Notes: generated from the letters alone by a model not told the origin. A DNA stretch of 64,000 bases from Octopus sinensis (GCF_006345805.1 NC_043001.1:89714001-89778000), one strand, 5' to 3'; counted from the first letter of the stretch, positions 1 to 13,912 are shown. A program made the numbers and translations.

Positions 1-39
1 TTTTATTTCTAGCTACCATCTACTACCATTACATATTAA

Positions 40-400
40 CACCAGAAGTATTCAAAGTTGCTAAAATGTTTGACAACACAATTTCTGATGATTTCTCATG
101 ACAATCCTGCATCTTTAATATAACCCAAACTCAAAGACCAAGCTTTCACTTCAAAGCCCCCAAAATATTTAATTTCTGATCAGTTACTGACTGAATACAC
201 AGCTCAAATAAGATCTACACTGGTGCTCTACATACTTATATGTAATAGTCAGTTGCCCATCCACAAACATTTTAGACTGTATCCAAAAGAAAACTTTTCA
301 ATTGATTTACAATGACTCATTCACAAACACACAACAACCTCTGACTTAGAGTCATGCTGTTGCTTCTCTCTACTTCTATTGCTATTAAAATGGTGTTCGT
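40..400 (+). mobile_element. Highly degraded CR1/L2-type LINE ORF2 3' fragment
   Basis: Partial translations YTAQIRSTL and LDCIQKKTFQLI resemble the post-RT YKAQIRPxLEY / LDxIQKKAxRLI region of CR1/L2-like LINEs; many stops. Confidence 0.4.
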
Positions 401-843
401 TCCTTTGAATTAGCTAGTTGCACACCACCTCTGTTCATCTCTACTTCAGCCACCTTACTCTCCTTCTCCCATGAATTTTCTGCATCCCATCTTTTAGACC
501 CCTCCATGAATCATATTATCCAATCTTTTTCACAATCTTTTCAAATTCCTACTTCTGTCATCTTTGCCTACTCTAACAATCACTATCATTGCATACTTAT
601 ATCACCTTCACCTTACTTTGCTGTTAACAATCCATGTTACCATCACCTACCTCTACTATAGCTACTAACCACTACAACCACATGTCTGTACCACTCACCT
701 ATCTCTTCTGTAGCTACCAATGCATATCCATACTGATATCACCTAACTCTACTGTAGCTATCGTCTATGACAATCACATCTTTCTTACCACTGTCACCTA
801 CCTCTGCTATAGCCACCGTCTGCTACCTCCATAAATCTATACC

Positions 844-1073
844 TATTTCTTTATTACCCACAAGGGGCTGAACATAGAGGGGACAAACATGGACAGACAT
901 AGGTATTAAGTCGATTATATCGACCCCAGTGCTTAACTGGTACTTAATTTATCGACCCCGAAAGGATGAAAGGTAAAGTCGACCTCGGCGGAATTTGAAC
1001 TCACAACGTAACGGCAGACGAAATACCGCTAAGCATTTCGCCCGACGTGCTAACGATTCTGCTAGCTCGCCGC
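844..1073 (-). mobile_element. tRNA-derived SINE (family A), full length with TSD
   Basis: Minus strand has an A-box-like head GGCGGCGAGCTAGCAGAATCGTTAG and B box GAGTTCAAATTCC; CTATACC duplicated on both flanks (837-843, 1074-1080); related copies recur in the window. Confidence 0.8.
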
Positions 1074-1449
1074 CTATACCACCTCACTCACCTCTATTAT
1101 GTAGCTGCAACTCAGGACCACCACATGTCCACACCACTGTTACCACTTACCTCTGCTGTAGCAACTATCAACTGTCGTCATATGTCCACATCACTATCAC
1201 TTACTTTTACCTTTGCTATCAACTACTATCAGCACATGTCCATGTTGTCATTATGTAACTCTTCAGTAGCTGTTATCCATTACAATCACAAGGCTATATA
1301 TCACTATCACTTACCTATACTATACCTACCATCTACTACCCATGTCACTAATTTTATTTATCATTTTAAAATATTTCTTCCTTGTCTTTTTCATCTGAAT
1401 ATTGTTGATCTGAAATGTTAACTTAATGAAATCTTTGTAAACATTTCAG

Positions 1450-1482
1450 ACCAACCAGACCAACTACACCAACATTTTTGAG
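1450..1482 (+). CDS. Microexon 1 (33 nt) of PPxY-rich gene; phase-2 reading PTRPTTPTFL
   Basis: catttcag|ACC...TTGAG|gtaaaa; length is a multiple of 3; the phase-2 frame is open and Pro/Thr-rich like the downstream microexons (phase 0 is also open). Confidence 0.5.
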
Positions 1483-4210
1483 GTAAAATCTATACATGTT
1501 CTTCTTTGTTGTCATGTGTACAAATTTCAGTTTATATTTTTTGTCAACACTGTCACATCACTGAAGACTAGACTTTCGGATCCAAAGAAATATATCGTGT
1601 CACAGTTTTAGCAATAATGTCTGTGAATACTCTTCATTCTTGTTTTGTTTTAGTATCTATAATGCAATACCACTATTCATGTGGATTATCTCAAATGTGA
1701 GCGATCTTTTTGCAGAGAATATCTTTCAAGATCATTGTAGTTGAAGGAACTGAGACTGTTAAAAAGCTCACCATCTCATCATCAAAAACCTACATCACAG
1801 GAGACAGGTTGTTGCAGCAACAGTGCTCTATAAAATTCACACAATATAAAGCTCTTCAGTGCATTGAACAATGTTGTCACTGCAGTATGGATGCTATTGT
1901 ACATATAAAGACTAATACATTCATTCATGCTTATGCATACCCTTCAACACTTGATGCCAAAACTTACACGTTGGTCAAAATAAGGAAGGAACTTTCAGAA
2001 GCTGTCATCAGAGCCATGTCTATAATACACCTATTGTCATTGTCACCATCAGGAATATAGTGAACTAATAGATATCTGGTTATCTGTTTACAATCCTATT
2101 AACCCATTAACATCCAGTGGTGCTATTGTTCACAAATGCATCCAGTAAATGAATTTTAAAAAGTATAGTTTTTGCTAACTGTAAAATTATATATCAGAAT
2201 ATCTTCAGGTAGTTGTTTGTGATTATATCAAACAATAGTGAGGATCTTTTGGCCAGTTCCTGGGAAACTGGAAGAATGAATTAGCAGCAGAATTATATTC
2301 TAAGTCTGTCATGACAGTGTTAGGGGCTCTACAGTATATTCTAAGTAGTCTGTAACCAGACGTTCTGTTCAGGTTGCATGTCATTTGTGTTCTGTGTTAA
2401 TTGGATGCTGATCTAAAATTGCAATCCTATTTCCCCATCTCACACTTTACTATGTCCCTTGTAGATACATCATGTTCTACTAAAGCATTGTAGAGACACA
2501 GAGGGAAGCAGTTCATGTGATGACATAACTCCTGTTCTTATATTCATGCTTGCATTCAAACATACCTCTACTCAGTCTCTTGATTATAAAATTAACACTC
2601 AACCTTATAACTATTTGTAATCATTTACAATATTCATCATCAATACTCATCATCATACTTGTACTCATATGAATACTCATCCCTACACAGCTACTCAGCC
2701 TCATACATGTCTTCATCCTCATAACTCTCTCTATCCATATTTCTATTCATTCTCTCTAATCCCTTTGGTCTTCTTTGCTATTGTGTCTTGTTCCTGAATC
2801 AGCATTTATGTTGTATTATGCCTGATGAGAAACAGATTATCCTTCATTTATAGTCAGCAAGTACACACACACACACGTGTGCACGCACACACACATGCGC
2901 ATGCGCACTCATGCATACACACGCACACACACACACACACATACACACACACACACACACACACCGAGCCAACTTCAATCATCAAACAATCATTATGTTT
3001 AGACACCATCTAATAATACCTCATATATTTGTAAACATTTCATTCTAGTAAAAATAATAACAAAATTTACTTTAAAACACAAAAGGGATGACTCATCTTT
3101 GATGTCATCTTTCATTTATCTAGTCTGTTGTTGTTGTTGTCACATTCTTATTGTTGTCATTCACACCGTTCCATGCATTGTCTTGTACTTTGTTGTAAAG
3201 TTCTATTTTTATTGTCATTGTGTTAAATAAATAATTATACTGGTTTAGGTTGGTGTTCCTGTTGTTGCTGTTATTATTTTTTAAACTGCTTGAATTTGCT
3301 GACGTTACTGTTTTTGCTGCTGTGTTATTGATGTTATTGTAGTTGTTAACTATGATGACAATGATGACGACAATATTAATATTAATGATGATGATGATGA
3401 TGTTAACGATGATGCAGTAAATACATAGTAAATTAAGTGTCATCTAATTTCAATTTCTGGTTGAAACTATTTCCACCTTATGAATGCTACATCCAATTTC
3501 TTCAGCTCTATAAATCTGGGAGTTCATTTCTATATAAGAAATTATGACCACCACCACTAATCATCCTCACTATTGTTGTCAACATCATAGTCCTCATCAA
3601 TGTATATGTCATCATCATTTGTACCGACATGACTATCACCACTACTACTACTGCTGCCACCACCACCAACAACAACAACACCGCCGCCGCCGCCACCACC
3701 ACCACCACCATCATCAGCATCACCATCATCATCATCATCATCATCATTATTATTATTATTATTATTATTAGAGCTACTAAAGCTGGAATGAATTTATAAT
3801 GATTGAGCAACGAGCTTGTGGTATTTAGTTGTAACCGTTTAAATTCTAAGTTCAACTTTGCCTCACATCCAGTAATGTACTAGGTTCACTTTACCTTTTC
3901 ATTCTTCTATTCCCAAAGTTTTTTTTTTTTACAATAACATTATACTTATGCAAGAAATTATTCTTATTATTGTTATTAACTCTTTTGATACCAACCTTCC
4001 TGAAATCACCTTTAGTTCCCTGATTCAATTTTCCTGTTTTAAAATTCTCCAAATTAAAATGTCATATCAAAATTTCACATTAATCTATGCTCCAAACACC
4101 ATTGTAATAATGACAAAGTTATTTAAGTAAATTTTTCACTATTTTCAAAATTAATTAAAACAAATGCAGTGTATCTTTGGGTTGATAACATAAGAATCAA
4201 TTTACTAGCA

Positions 4211-6845
4211 CATCATCATCATCATCATTATCATCATCGTTTAATGTCCGCTTTCCATGCTAGCATGGGTTGGACAATTTTGACTGAGGGCTGGTGAACC
4301 AGATGGCTGCACCAGGCTCCAATCTTGATATCTTGATCTGGCAGAGTTTCTACAGCTGGATGCCCTTCCTAACGCCAACCACTCCGAGAGTGTAGTGGGA
4401 GCTTTTTACGTGCCATTCAGGCGGTACTGGCAATGACCTCGCTTGAAACTTTTTACACATGCCACCGGCACAGGTGCCAGTAAGGCGACGTTGGTAACGA
4501 TCACGCTCGAATGGTGCCCTTTTACGTGCCACTGGCATGGAAGCCAGTTGGCTGCTCTGGCAACGATCACACTTGGATGGTGCTCTTGCCACCCTACTAG
4601 CACGGGCACAAGTGCCAGTAAGGCGATGCTGGTAATGATCACACTCGAATGGTGTCCTTTTATGTGCTACTGGCATGGAAGCCGGTTAGCCGCTCTGTCA
4701 ACAATCACACTCATATGGTGCTCTTTGCACCCTGCTAGCATGGATGCCAGTCATCGAATTTGATTTTGATTTCGATTTCACTTGCTTCAACAGGTTTTCA
4801 CAAGTAGAGTTTAGTGACCAAAGAAGGAAAAGGTATGCATAAGCGGGCTGGTTATGCTCCTGGCATAGGCCACAGGTTATGGTCTCATTTGGCTTGCTGG
4901 GTCTTCTCAAGCACAGCATATTTCCAAAAGTCTCGGTTGCTAGTCATTTCCTTGGTGAGGCCTAATGTTCGAAGGTCGTGCTTCACTACTTCATCCCAGG
5001 TCTTCCTGGGTCTGCCTCTTCAACAGGTTCCCTCAACTGCTAGGGTGTGGCACTTTTTCACACAGCTATCCTCATCCATTCTCGCCACATGACCATACCA
5101 GCACAGTCGTCTCTCTTGCACACCACATCTAATGCTTCTTAGGTTCAACTTTTCTCTCAAGGTACTTACACTCTGTCGAGTATGCACACTGACATTACAC
5201 ATCAATCGAATCATACTGGCTTCATTCCTTGTGAGCTTATGCATGTCCTCAGCAGTCACAGCCCATGTTTCACTGCCATGTAGCATGGCTGTTCGTACAC
5301 AAGTCTCATACGGTCTACCTTTTACTCTGAGCGAGCGGCCCTTTGTCACCAGCAGAGGTAAGAGCTCCCTAAACTTTGCCCAAGCTATTCTTATTCTAGC
5401 AGCTACACTGCTACACTTTCAGCGCACCCTCCTCTACTACTGACTTGGTCACCTAGGTAACGGAAGTTATCAACTACTTCTAGTTTTTCTCCCTGGAATG
5501 TGGCGGAAGTTGTTATCTGCACATTTTCAGTGTTTATTGCTCAGGAGCATCTCCCACATACAAAAACTATCTTCCCAGTTAGCCTTCCTTTGATATTATT
5601 GCACCTCTTATGTGTCCATAGCTTACACTGGGTACATCTTATAGAGTTTCTACCTACGCTTCTACTACAGATCGAGCAGGGCCATCTACCTGAAGAAATT
5701 TGTGGTTTGCCTGCCTTCCTACTTATTAGGACTTTGGTTTTAGCTAGGTTGATTCTAGGGCCCTTCGATTCTAATCCTTGTTTCCACACTTGAAACTTCT
5801 CCTCTAGTTCTGATAGTGACTCAGCAATTAGAGCAAGGTCATCAGCATAGAAGAGCTCCCAGTGGCATCCTGTCTTGAATTCCTCCATTATTGCCTGGAG
5901 GACTATGATAAATAGGAGGGGGCTGAGGACTGAACCTTGGTGGACCCCTACCTCTACTCTGAATTCTTCAGTGTACTCATTGCCAACCCTCACCTTACTT
6001 ACAGCATCCCTGTACATGGCTTGCACAGCTCTCACTAACCATTCATCTATCCCTAGTTTCCTCATTGACCACCAGATAAGGGATCGGGGGACCCTGTCAA
6101 AGGCTTTCTCCATGTCAACGAAAGCCAGGTACAGGGGTTTATCTTTGGCTAGGTATTTCTCCTGCAGCTATCTTACCAGAAATATGGCATCAGTGGTGCT
6201 TTTCCCTGGCACAAAACCAAACTGCATCTCATCCAAGCTGACTCTCTCCCTAATCAGTTGGGCTATAACCCTCTCTGTAACCTTCATTACCTGATCCAAC
6301 AGCTTGATACCTCTGTAATTATTTGTATCTAAAGCGTCACCTTTACCTTTGTAGCAGTTGACTATTATGCTGCTACACAAGATATTGGGTACGACTCCTT
6401 CGTGTATCACCTGGTTAACTATACGGTGACTAGGCTATAGCCGACACTGCCAGATATTTTTGAGCATCTCTCCAGTAATTCCTGATGGGCCTGGGGCTTT
6501 CCCTGTCTTCATACTTCTAATTGCCTTATCTACCAAGGTACTGTCAACTCGGATAGCTGGTCCCTCTGTTGGGTCAACATTTGGCAGACACTCTTTCTCC
6601 CATTCATTTTCTTTATTCAGCAACCTTTCATAATGGCATCTCCAAACCTCTCTCTTTGCATCCTCATTTAGAGCAAGTGAACCATCATCCATGCGAACAC
6701 ATTTCTTTCCTACCACATCACGATTCTCTCTCACGTACTGTCTTGCAACACGAAATACCTCAAATCTTTGGTCCTCACAGTGCAGAACATTGGCAAATTT
6801 TTTCTTATCTGCTTCCCCACTGGCTAAATAAATCTGCCCTGTCCT
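4211..6845 (-). mobile_element. 5'-truncated, frameshifted RTE-clade LINE (RT + PHD-like finger + 3' UTR tandem repeats + (ATG)n tail)
   Basis: ORFs 6435-6734, 6168-6410, 5541-6113 and 5020-5349 give NYRGIKLL, QFGFVPGKSTTDAIF, KAFDRVPR, GVHQGSVLSPLLF, YADDLAL and MLHGSETW, typical of RTE ORF2; ~75-bp tandem repeats at 4380-4740; CAT-repeat tail at 4211-4238. Confidence 0.93.
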
Positions 6846-8341
6846 GCAAAATTTCAGGCCTTGTGCCTATAATAAAAAAGATTGTTTGCAGAATGGATTA
6901 TGTTACAAAGAGGAAATGTAAAATATTGCCACATTTAAAATTAAAATGATATTTATATTTTATTATCATCATCAACATCACATCATCATCATTGTCACCG
7001 TTGTTGTCGTCATCGTCATCGTCGTTGTCATAATCATCATCATTTAACGTCCATGTTCCATGTTGTCATGGATCAGTCTCTGGCAACTAAATATGCAACA
7101 GTATAACTATGGAGTGTATAACCAGGTTATCACTGCCTCCAAAACTGTGACATCTTGTTTTGTAAATAGATATATGAAGTTGAAAAAGAAATGTTGTTGA
7201 TGAATAGGCTGTGTGAGATCTATTGGATGTTTTGTTAAGGTGAAGTACAATGGAAATGAAAATGCAACTGACAAACAAATATGTTGGTTCTCCATATAAA
7301 ATATTATATGTTGTGGTGTCGGGGAATTGGCATGGTTTTATAGTAGATGGTGGATGTGATTTAGAAACATAGGTAGAAGAAGGTGGAAGGAGACCTGAGA
7401 TGCTGTTTTATAGGACCTGTAACAATGTTGTTGATGATGATGACAACAACAATGATGATGATAATAATGATTGATATTGTTATATATAGATTGTTATAAC
7501 AATAATAGCCATGATGTTGATGATAGAGAGAAATAGGATGTTGAAGGAAACAACTAGGTTTTATTTCATAACTGGCATTTTTTGCAAAATCTTGTATCAT
7601 GAGAAAAGGAAAAAAGAATTGAAGATTCTTTCACTTTACCTTCTTTCTTCTCCTTACATACAAAATATTCCCATTTTTTTTTTTTTTTGTGTTGCAAGTT
7701 CATAAATGTGTACAAAACTGCTTTATTGATAAACATCTTAAAGTTTGGTGCTGATGCTGTAAACTTCTCAGTGAATGTTGAAACTTGTTATGATAAATGG
7801 TGCAACTTGCTGTCAATAATGCCACTTAATATGGATTTTGCCGTTGATGGTAAAATATGAAGTAGATATTGCAGTGTGCAGTATATGGTTTATGACTTAA
7901 TGTTGATGGTTAGAGATGTAGTCAATAATTCTATGTACAATAGATAATATAACTTTCAAATAATATTGCAACTTAGTGTAAGTCAGCATTGTTGTTACTA
8001 ACAGTCGTGTGATTGAAAACTGGTTCTTTGCATTTGCTTGTATCACATTCCCAATAATAACCTATTAATTCCTCTCTTGATTTTCATTCAACTTCATTTG
8101 GGCCTTGTAGGATTAGAACTGAAGTTTCTTTTCCTAATGTCAGAAATTGAATATTTGCAGAGAAGTGACAATTATTTCATTTAGCCAGTACACTGATATG
8201 AAATATAATGTAATGTTAAGGGATTCATAACTGATTGCACTTAACTCAAATTTCATGGACAGGACAACTATGTATCATAGATAATATTCCTAGATGACCT
8301 GGTACCTTTAACAGACAGATTGGTTGACTGAGACAATTTAG

Positions 8342-8392
8342 AATTAGGAGAAATTCCCCAAATACACCTGATGAGATAGAATTACAAATGAG
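8342..8392 (+). CDS. Possible extra phase-2 microexon (IRRNSPNTPDEIELQM)
   Basis: Good donor GAG|gtaatc and an open phase-2 frame with SP/TP motifs, but the acceptor lacks a pyrimidine tract (alternative AGs at 8332, 8341, 8347). Confidence 0.25.
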
Positions 8393-9986
8393 GTAATCCT
8401 TCTGTGAAGTAAATCCCAGCTACTGCAAAGCATGGTGCTGCATCAGTTATAACTGTCAAGTGATGTTTTGTGCCAGCCAGTCACTTGATATACATAGACT
8501 GCAATGACACGGACACCAGAAGAAAGAAAAACAGAACTGTTCCAAGAAAACCTAGCACTAAATTTTCCAGAAACACCTCAAATACGTGAGAGCTTTTTTG
8601 ATATGAGTGGTAAGATCTGCAGCAGATTGATCATGCTAGATTGAGCATTCTGCCTCATATGTTTCACAGTGCAGGAGGACTTTAAGTCTAAATAAGTAAT
8701 ATGCTGGAGCCTAGCGGCAGGTATTTAAAGGGAAAAATTTGACAAGTCAGTTAGTCAGTGGCTGACACTCGCTGATGATACATTGAAGAGGCCAGGAAAC
8801 AGCAGAAAGAAGAAGAAAGAAGACATGCACCCAACACCAGAGCTGAAGACACCTCCGAAAGTAGGGGCCTCGCCACGTCAAAACGGTAGAGGAGTAGGGG
8901 CCGAAACCGGACGTGGTTCCTCCTGATGATGTCTTGAGCTAACTGGATCCTATAAAGGAGCTGTTGTGGTAGCAGACCACGAAACATGGTTGTAATTCCT
9001 CCATATATGTCTTCTAAACTCTTGTGCTTATTACAATATGTTAAGTTGATGTGAGATATTTGTCACCCCAGACAGGAAATTGTTATTTTGTAAGTACAAT
9101 ATTCTACAATATTCTAGTATCCATGCTCTGATAGCTTGGTGAGCTATGGAAATGTAAAATTTTGAATTAAATCTATGCAGCAAGACTCCTGTTGTGTGTT
9201 TGAGCACACATCAAATATATGGTAGTGTAAGTTTGTTCCAGTTTACCTTGGAATTGTGATATAACATGCCCATGCAACTTGGAAAGAATGGTGTGATGTA
9301 CTAGTCACTGTGGCATTATTACCAACTTTGTAAATTGACTTCTGTGTTGTCTTATAAACAACATAACAAAGGATCAGGATCAGTGACAACATATTATGCA
9401 ACAAACCAGTTCCACATATGGCAGCTTGGAAATATAAATGTAAAACCAAAGATTTCATATATTTACTTTTACAATTTACATTTCAAGTTCAAATATGGCC
9501 AACCTTATTATTGATTTTTTTCTGGTAGTAAATAAATAAATACTTGTAATATAATGAAGTTGATTAAATTACACCCCTTTCAAAAAAAAGTCTTATGGCT
9601 ATTTAAAACAAATGGTTATTAAACTTGTTGTGGTGAACTGATTACTAAGTCATCTAGTTTTCCCTGTACCATTTTCCCTTTCTATCAGCCACACTAATGT
9701 AACTCTGCACCTTACTCTATTCCTCACCGATTTATATTTCTTACTTTCTCATGTGTCTGTTACTTAAACCATACCTCATACGATTACTATTATACACACT
9801 GCAACCACTCACAATGACACTCTCAGGATTCACATTATCCCTGCTTACATCATAACTAATACCACTGACACCAGCTATTCAAATCACTGCCACTGCTACT
9901 ACCACTAACACCTATGATATCAGCACCACTCAGTGTTTGACTCAGTAATGTACCAGTGCTGTTTCAAATTTCTATTTTACTTACAG

Positions 9987-10022
9987 TATCCAGTACAGCC
10001 CTGGCCCGCCATCTTACTCCAG
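9987..10022 (+). CDS. Microexon (36 nt) encoding IQYSPGPPSYS (PPxY motif 1)
   Basis: ttctattttacttacag|TATC...TCCAG|gtaacc; GC-rich island in AT-rich intron; phase 2 to phase 2. Confidence 0.75.
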
Positions 10023-12218
10023 GTAACCCACACTTCTAACACTTACCTAAATTTTTCAACTGCCTTGTTCCTGGTGGAGCTGCTTACATTCTAATAATAT
10101 CAGTAGGTTTCTGATATATCTTGAATATAAACCCAACCAACATTGAAATATTCTAGGATGGTGGGAACACTTAAATCAAAATTCTGTGGAGAGTTACCTT
10201 TGTATAAATCCGGATTTAGATATACAAGAAAACCAAATCACACAGCCAGCCATGTATGATGTCTACCAAACTTCCACAAATACCTAAACATATAACAGCA
10301 CACTGCAACAATACTACAACAAGAACAAATACATTCCCTGTACTATATGTTCACTCGTCATAAACATGTTAATACATTAAGAACACACTATAACATTAGA
10401 ACAACACAGATTTAGGTACTCCATCTCTCAGTTCAAAATGGCACACACACTCTTACACTCACACACACTTCACAAACACATTTACACACACAAATATATG
10501 TACATGTGTACATTAAAACATTGCGGCATCAAAAATTGTATTCGGTCCACAGTATCGCATGCAAAAATATTTCTACTTTTGTTGTGGACTTTAAACAAAA
10601 TTAATGGTAAGACGGATGTAATATTACATAGCAAATCATTGAATGATAGAATGTGCATCATGGCTTTTACACTTGACTTAAGATTGAAATTAGTAGAGTT
10701 GTGAGTTGCTCCTAATTGTTCAATCATTTACTTTCTTCTGATCTGATCAAGCAGAGCTGATCACAGGTGAAAAAATCTTTTTCTTTTCTTAGTTGAATGA
10801 AAAGGATTAGAACCTATGATGTCTGTAGGTCCTCAGAGAGTGGTGTGGGTTGAATCCTTGTACAAGGGGCTGCTGTAAAGTTCTTGGCTTTAAGGGTATC
10901 ACAAGAGGCCTGGTTGGAAGCCCAACCTTTCACAGAGCTTAGAAAAACTGCTGCAATAAGCATGTAAATCTGAGAGGGGAATATATTGAATAAAATCAAA
11001 ATTCACTGATCCTCATGTATTTTCTTTTACCCAAAGCTGAAGGAACAACATAGAACTGGTAAAAATTCAAAGAGCTCCAGTTTTGAGTAAAAATGATTGT
11101 GTAACATGTTTAGTGCAGGATTTGGAAGGATACAAAGATGTGGTTGCATTGTGTGCACTAGGCAGTTGACAGTTTGTAATTTGTTTGTTTGGTTGAACAG
11201 AAACCATTCTAATAGTGGGAGAGAGAGAGAGAGAGAGAGAGAGTAAACTATGCCTGTGAGCCAGTAGTTGTCATGTGTTGATGAGTGAATCATTAGTAAT
11301 CAGTCAGAGCCTTACATGTAATATAGAATATGGAATATATGTATGTGTCTCTGATCTAAATATGTGAGAAGTTTACAATGTGGGTCATATTTGAACCTTG
11401 TAGAATGTCAGCAAATGATAATGGTTCAAATATCTTTTAGTTCTGAAGAGAAATATCCTTTGCGATTCACTTTTGAAAATGCTATTTTTCTGAGGTTGCA
11501 AAAAGAAATTATCAGAGACTGGGAGTGAAATCTCTTAGTACTTTGTAACTTTGAGGGCTTTCACTAGGTGTTGTTTAAATGGAGAGTGAGTGTAATAAAA
11601 ACCTTTTCCTTCATATGTGCAGTAACTGTGTGTCACTGTGCCATTAAAGGAGACCAAAGTTATTTGTTGATTCTCAACCAACAACATTAGTGTGATATTC
11701 AAAGTTAACGTGTGAGTCATTCTACCCTACTAATTCTTCTGAGTATTGAATGGTTGGTTACTTATCTGACTCATACTCGTAGATTCAATATATTATTATA
11801 AACTGCCATAATATGTGTTCCATATTACATATCAAAGCTGATTGGAGTAAAAGGACTGGGCAAAAGCACTATTGAAGAGATATAGAAATTCTTTTATTTT
11901 CATTAAAGCATCATTGCAAAATGTTGGGCTACTCCTTATTATGTAATCATTGTAAAATGGGCATTAGCACCCTTGATATGGTCATCCAAAAAGTTTTAAT
12001 TAATTAAATGGGCAATGCAATTGAGAGTGAGTTTGATCTTTGGCAGCATGGGCACAACTCCTGACATGCTTCAGTTTTAATAGACTGCTTCAATAAAGTG
12101 TGCACATATGTGTGTGTCTGTGAATGTATTTGTGTGTGTGTGTGAGTTTGTCAGTCCATTTGTCCATCATTTGTTTGTATTGGATCTGTGAATCAAATGG
12201 TATTATTTCTATTGACAG

Positions 12219-12254
12219 TACACCATACAGTCCTCTGCCACCAGTGTATACAAG
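12219..12254 (+). CDS. Microexon (36 nt) encoding TPYSPLPPVYT (PPxY motif 2)
   Basis: tattatttctattgacag|TACA...ACAAG|gtaaac; same length, phase and YSPxPPxY pattern as 9987-10022. Confidence 0.75.
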
Positions 12255-12946
12255 GTAAACCTATACACTCCCACCAGAACAGCTTTCTCTAGCACTATAC
12301 TGCATACTAAGCCTTAACTTTCATGTGAGAGAAGATCTGCACTTATGTAAACTTGATATCTCAATCCAGTATAATGTACAATATCCCATATCTTGTATTA
12401 TTGTATAGTATATCACATCCTATCGTAACATGTGCCTCACATCATTGCAATATACAGCATTATACTGTCTATATGTTCGTCACAATACAGTGACTACTAT
12501 CACTGTACTGCATATATGTCTGCCATAATATAGCAACAAACTAATCACTATACTGTCTAGCTTTCTATCATAGTATAGTAACATATCAATCACTGTATTG
12601 TAGTATATCCATCAGTAATGTTAATATATTCACCACCACATCTATACTTATATTATCTACTCTAAGGTATATTTCTTACAGTTGTAACAAATACTCACAA
12701 CTCATATGTTTCTATCCATATCTACTATTATAACACAGTCACCATTCCATTTTTTAACAATCAATGCTTTTCCTTTATTTCTGTATCAATCCCAATATCC
12801 TCCTCTCCTGATACGATAACCCTTTAGAGCCACTATTCTTATGTTGTCACCAATTTCATACAAAATAGACACTCTTTTGCACAAAAGTCTTGTCCATCTT
12901 TAAATTTGGTCATCTAATTGTCTACTCTATCTTTATTTCTCATTAG

Positions 12947-12982
12947 TGCTCCAGCCACACCACGGCCATTTTTCTTTGGCAG
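12947..12982 (+). CDS. Microexon (36 nt) encoding APATPRPFFFG
   Basis: tctttatttctcattag|TGCT...GGCAG|gtatgt; phase 2 to phase 2; joins in frame to the exon at 20807. Confidence 0.75.
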
Positions 12983-13604
12983 GTATGTTTATTTCATTCA
13001 TCTTTAACAATATTAGCGTGAAAATTTGGCAAATATTGTTGAGAGATCAAATTTACAAACTTGGTTTCAGTTTTTGTGTGGAGTTCATTTAAAATCTTAT
13101 ACACTGCTGATACCCTTGAGAAAGTCATAAATATCACCGTATTTCATATACTTCTCATTTGGAGATCTTGTGCTGACATAAATTATTATATATTATATAA
13201 ATTCATACCTATGTATTTTATACATACATACAAACATATATATTTGTTGCTGCCCTAGTGCCAAAATGTGAAACCATTATTATTATTTGAGTTGAAGAAA
13301 CAGAACAATAAAAGAGTTATATCCTTGCTATCAACAACACATTTACCCATTCCCAGACAAAATCAAAATCATCAGTGTCCTCAATGTGACTTCATAGCAA
13401 AATCCATACCTGGACTCAAATTACATTCATGCATCCATCACAAACAGATGCAGCTTCATTTATTCTTTTATTTTTAAAGTTGTTCTTTACTTTGTCTCAT
13501 TATTTTTCTTTCAAATCCTCTCCTTCAAACACTCATATGTCAAAATTGATGGGAGTGACCAACTACCACCACCACCACTACCATCATCATCATCATCACA
13601 ATTG

Positions 13605-13800
13605 TTAACATGCCAGACAAAATGCTTAGCGGTATTTCACCTGTTGCTATGATCTGAGTTCAAATTCTGCTGAGGTTGACTTTGCCTTTCATCCATTTGG
13701 GGGTCAATAAATTAAGTACCAGTTATGCAGTGAGTCAATGTAATCGACTTTCCCACTCCCACTAAGTTTCAGGCCTTGTGCCTATAGTAGAAAGGATTAT
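13605..13800 (+). mobile_element. SINE family A copy
   Basis: GAGTTCAAATTC B box followed by the GACTTTGCCTTTCATCC...AAATTAAGTACCAG core shared with 844-1073. Confidence 0.7.
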
Positions 13801-13912
13801 TATTATGAATTTTTTCTTATACATACACACAAACTTATATATAATATATATATATATATATTTATAGAGAGAGAGTGAGAGAGAGAGAGAGAACAAAGTG
13901 TATGTATGCTGC

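Noticed and set aside
1556-1605. CTGAAGA...GAAATATATC hammerhead-like motif
   Set aside because: Stems I and II cannot be formed
1710-2060. 116-aa ORF
   Set aside because: TTG start, no recognisable motif, no convincing donor, phase does not fit the microexon chain
2822-2840. CTGATGAGAAAC; similar CTGAAGAGAAATATC at 11443
   Set aside because: No stem II or stem I; expected by chance
3120-3855. His/Met/Val/Asn homopolymer ORFs
   Set aside because: Adjacent triplet microsatellites
4380-4740. Regularly spaced ~75-bp repeats resembling a CRISPR array
   Set aside because: No unique spacers; part of the RTE 3' UTR, also seen at 33530; eukaryotic context
8701-8720. ATGCTGGAGCCTAGCGGCAG|gtattt as a first coding exon (MLEPSG, phase 2)
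   Set aside because: Phase-compatible, but the donor is weak and an upstream microexon at 1450 suggests the gene starts outside the window
8751-8987. 78-aa minus-strand ORF with a hydrophobic stretch
   Set aside because: No splice context or family signal; better explained as a repeat-derived GC island
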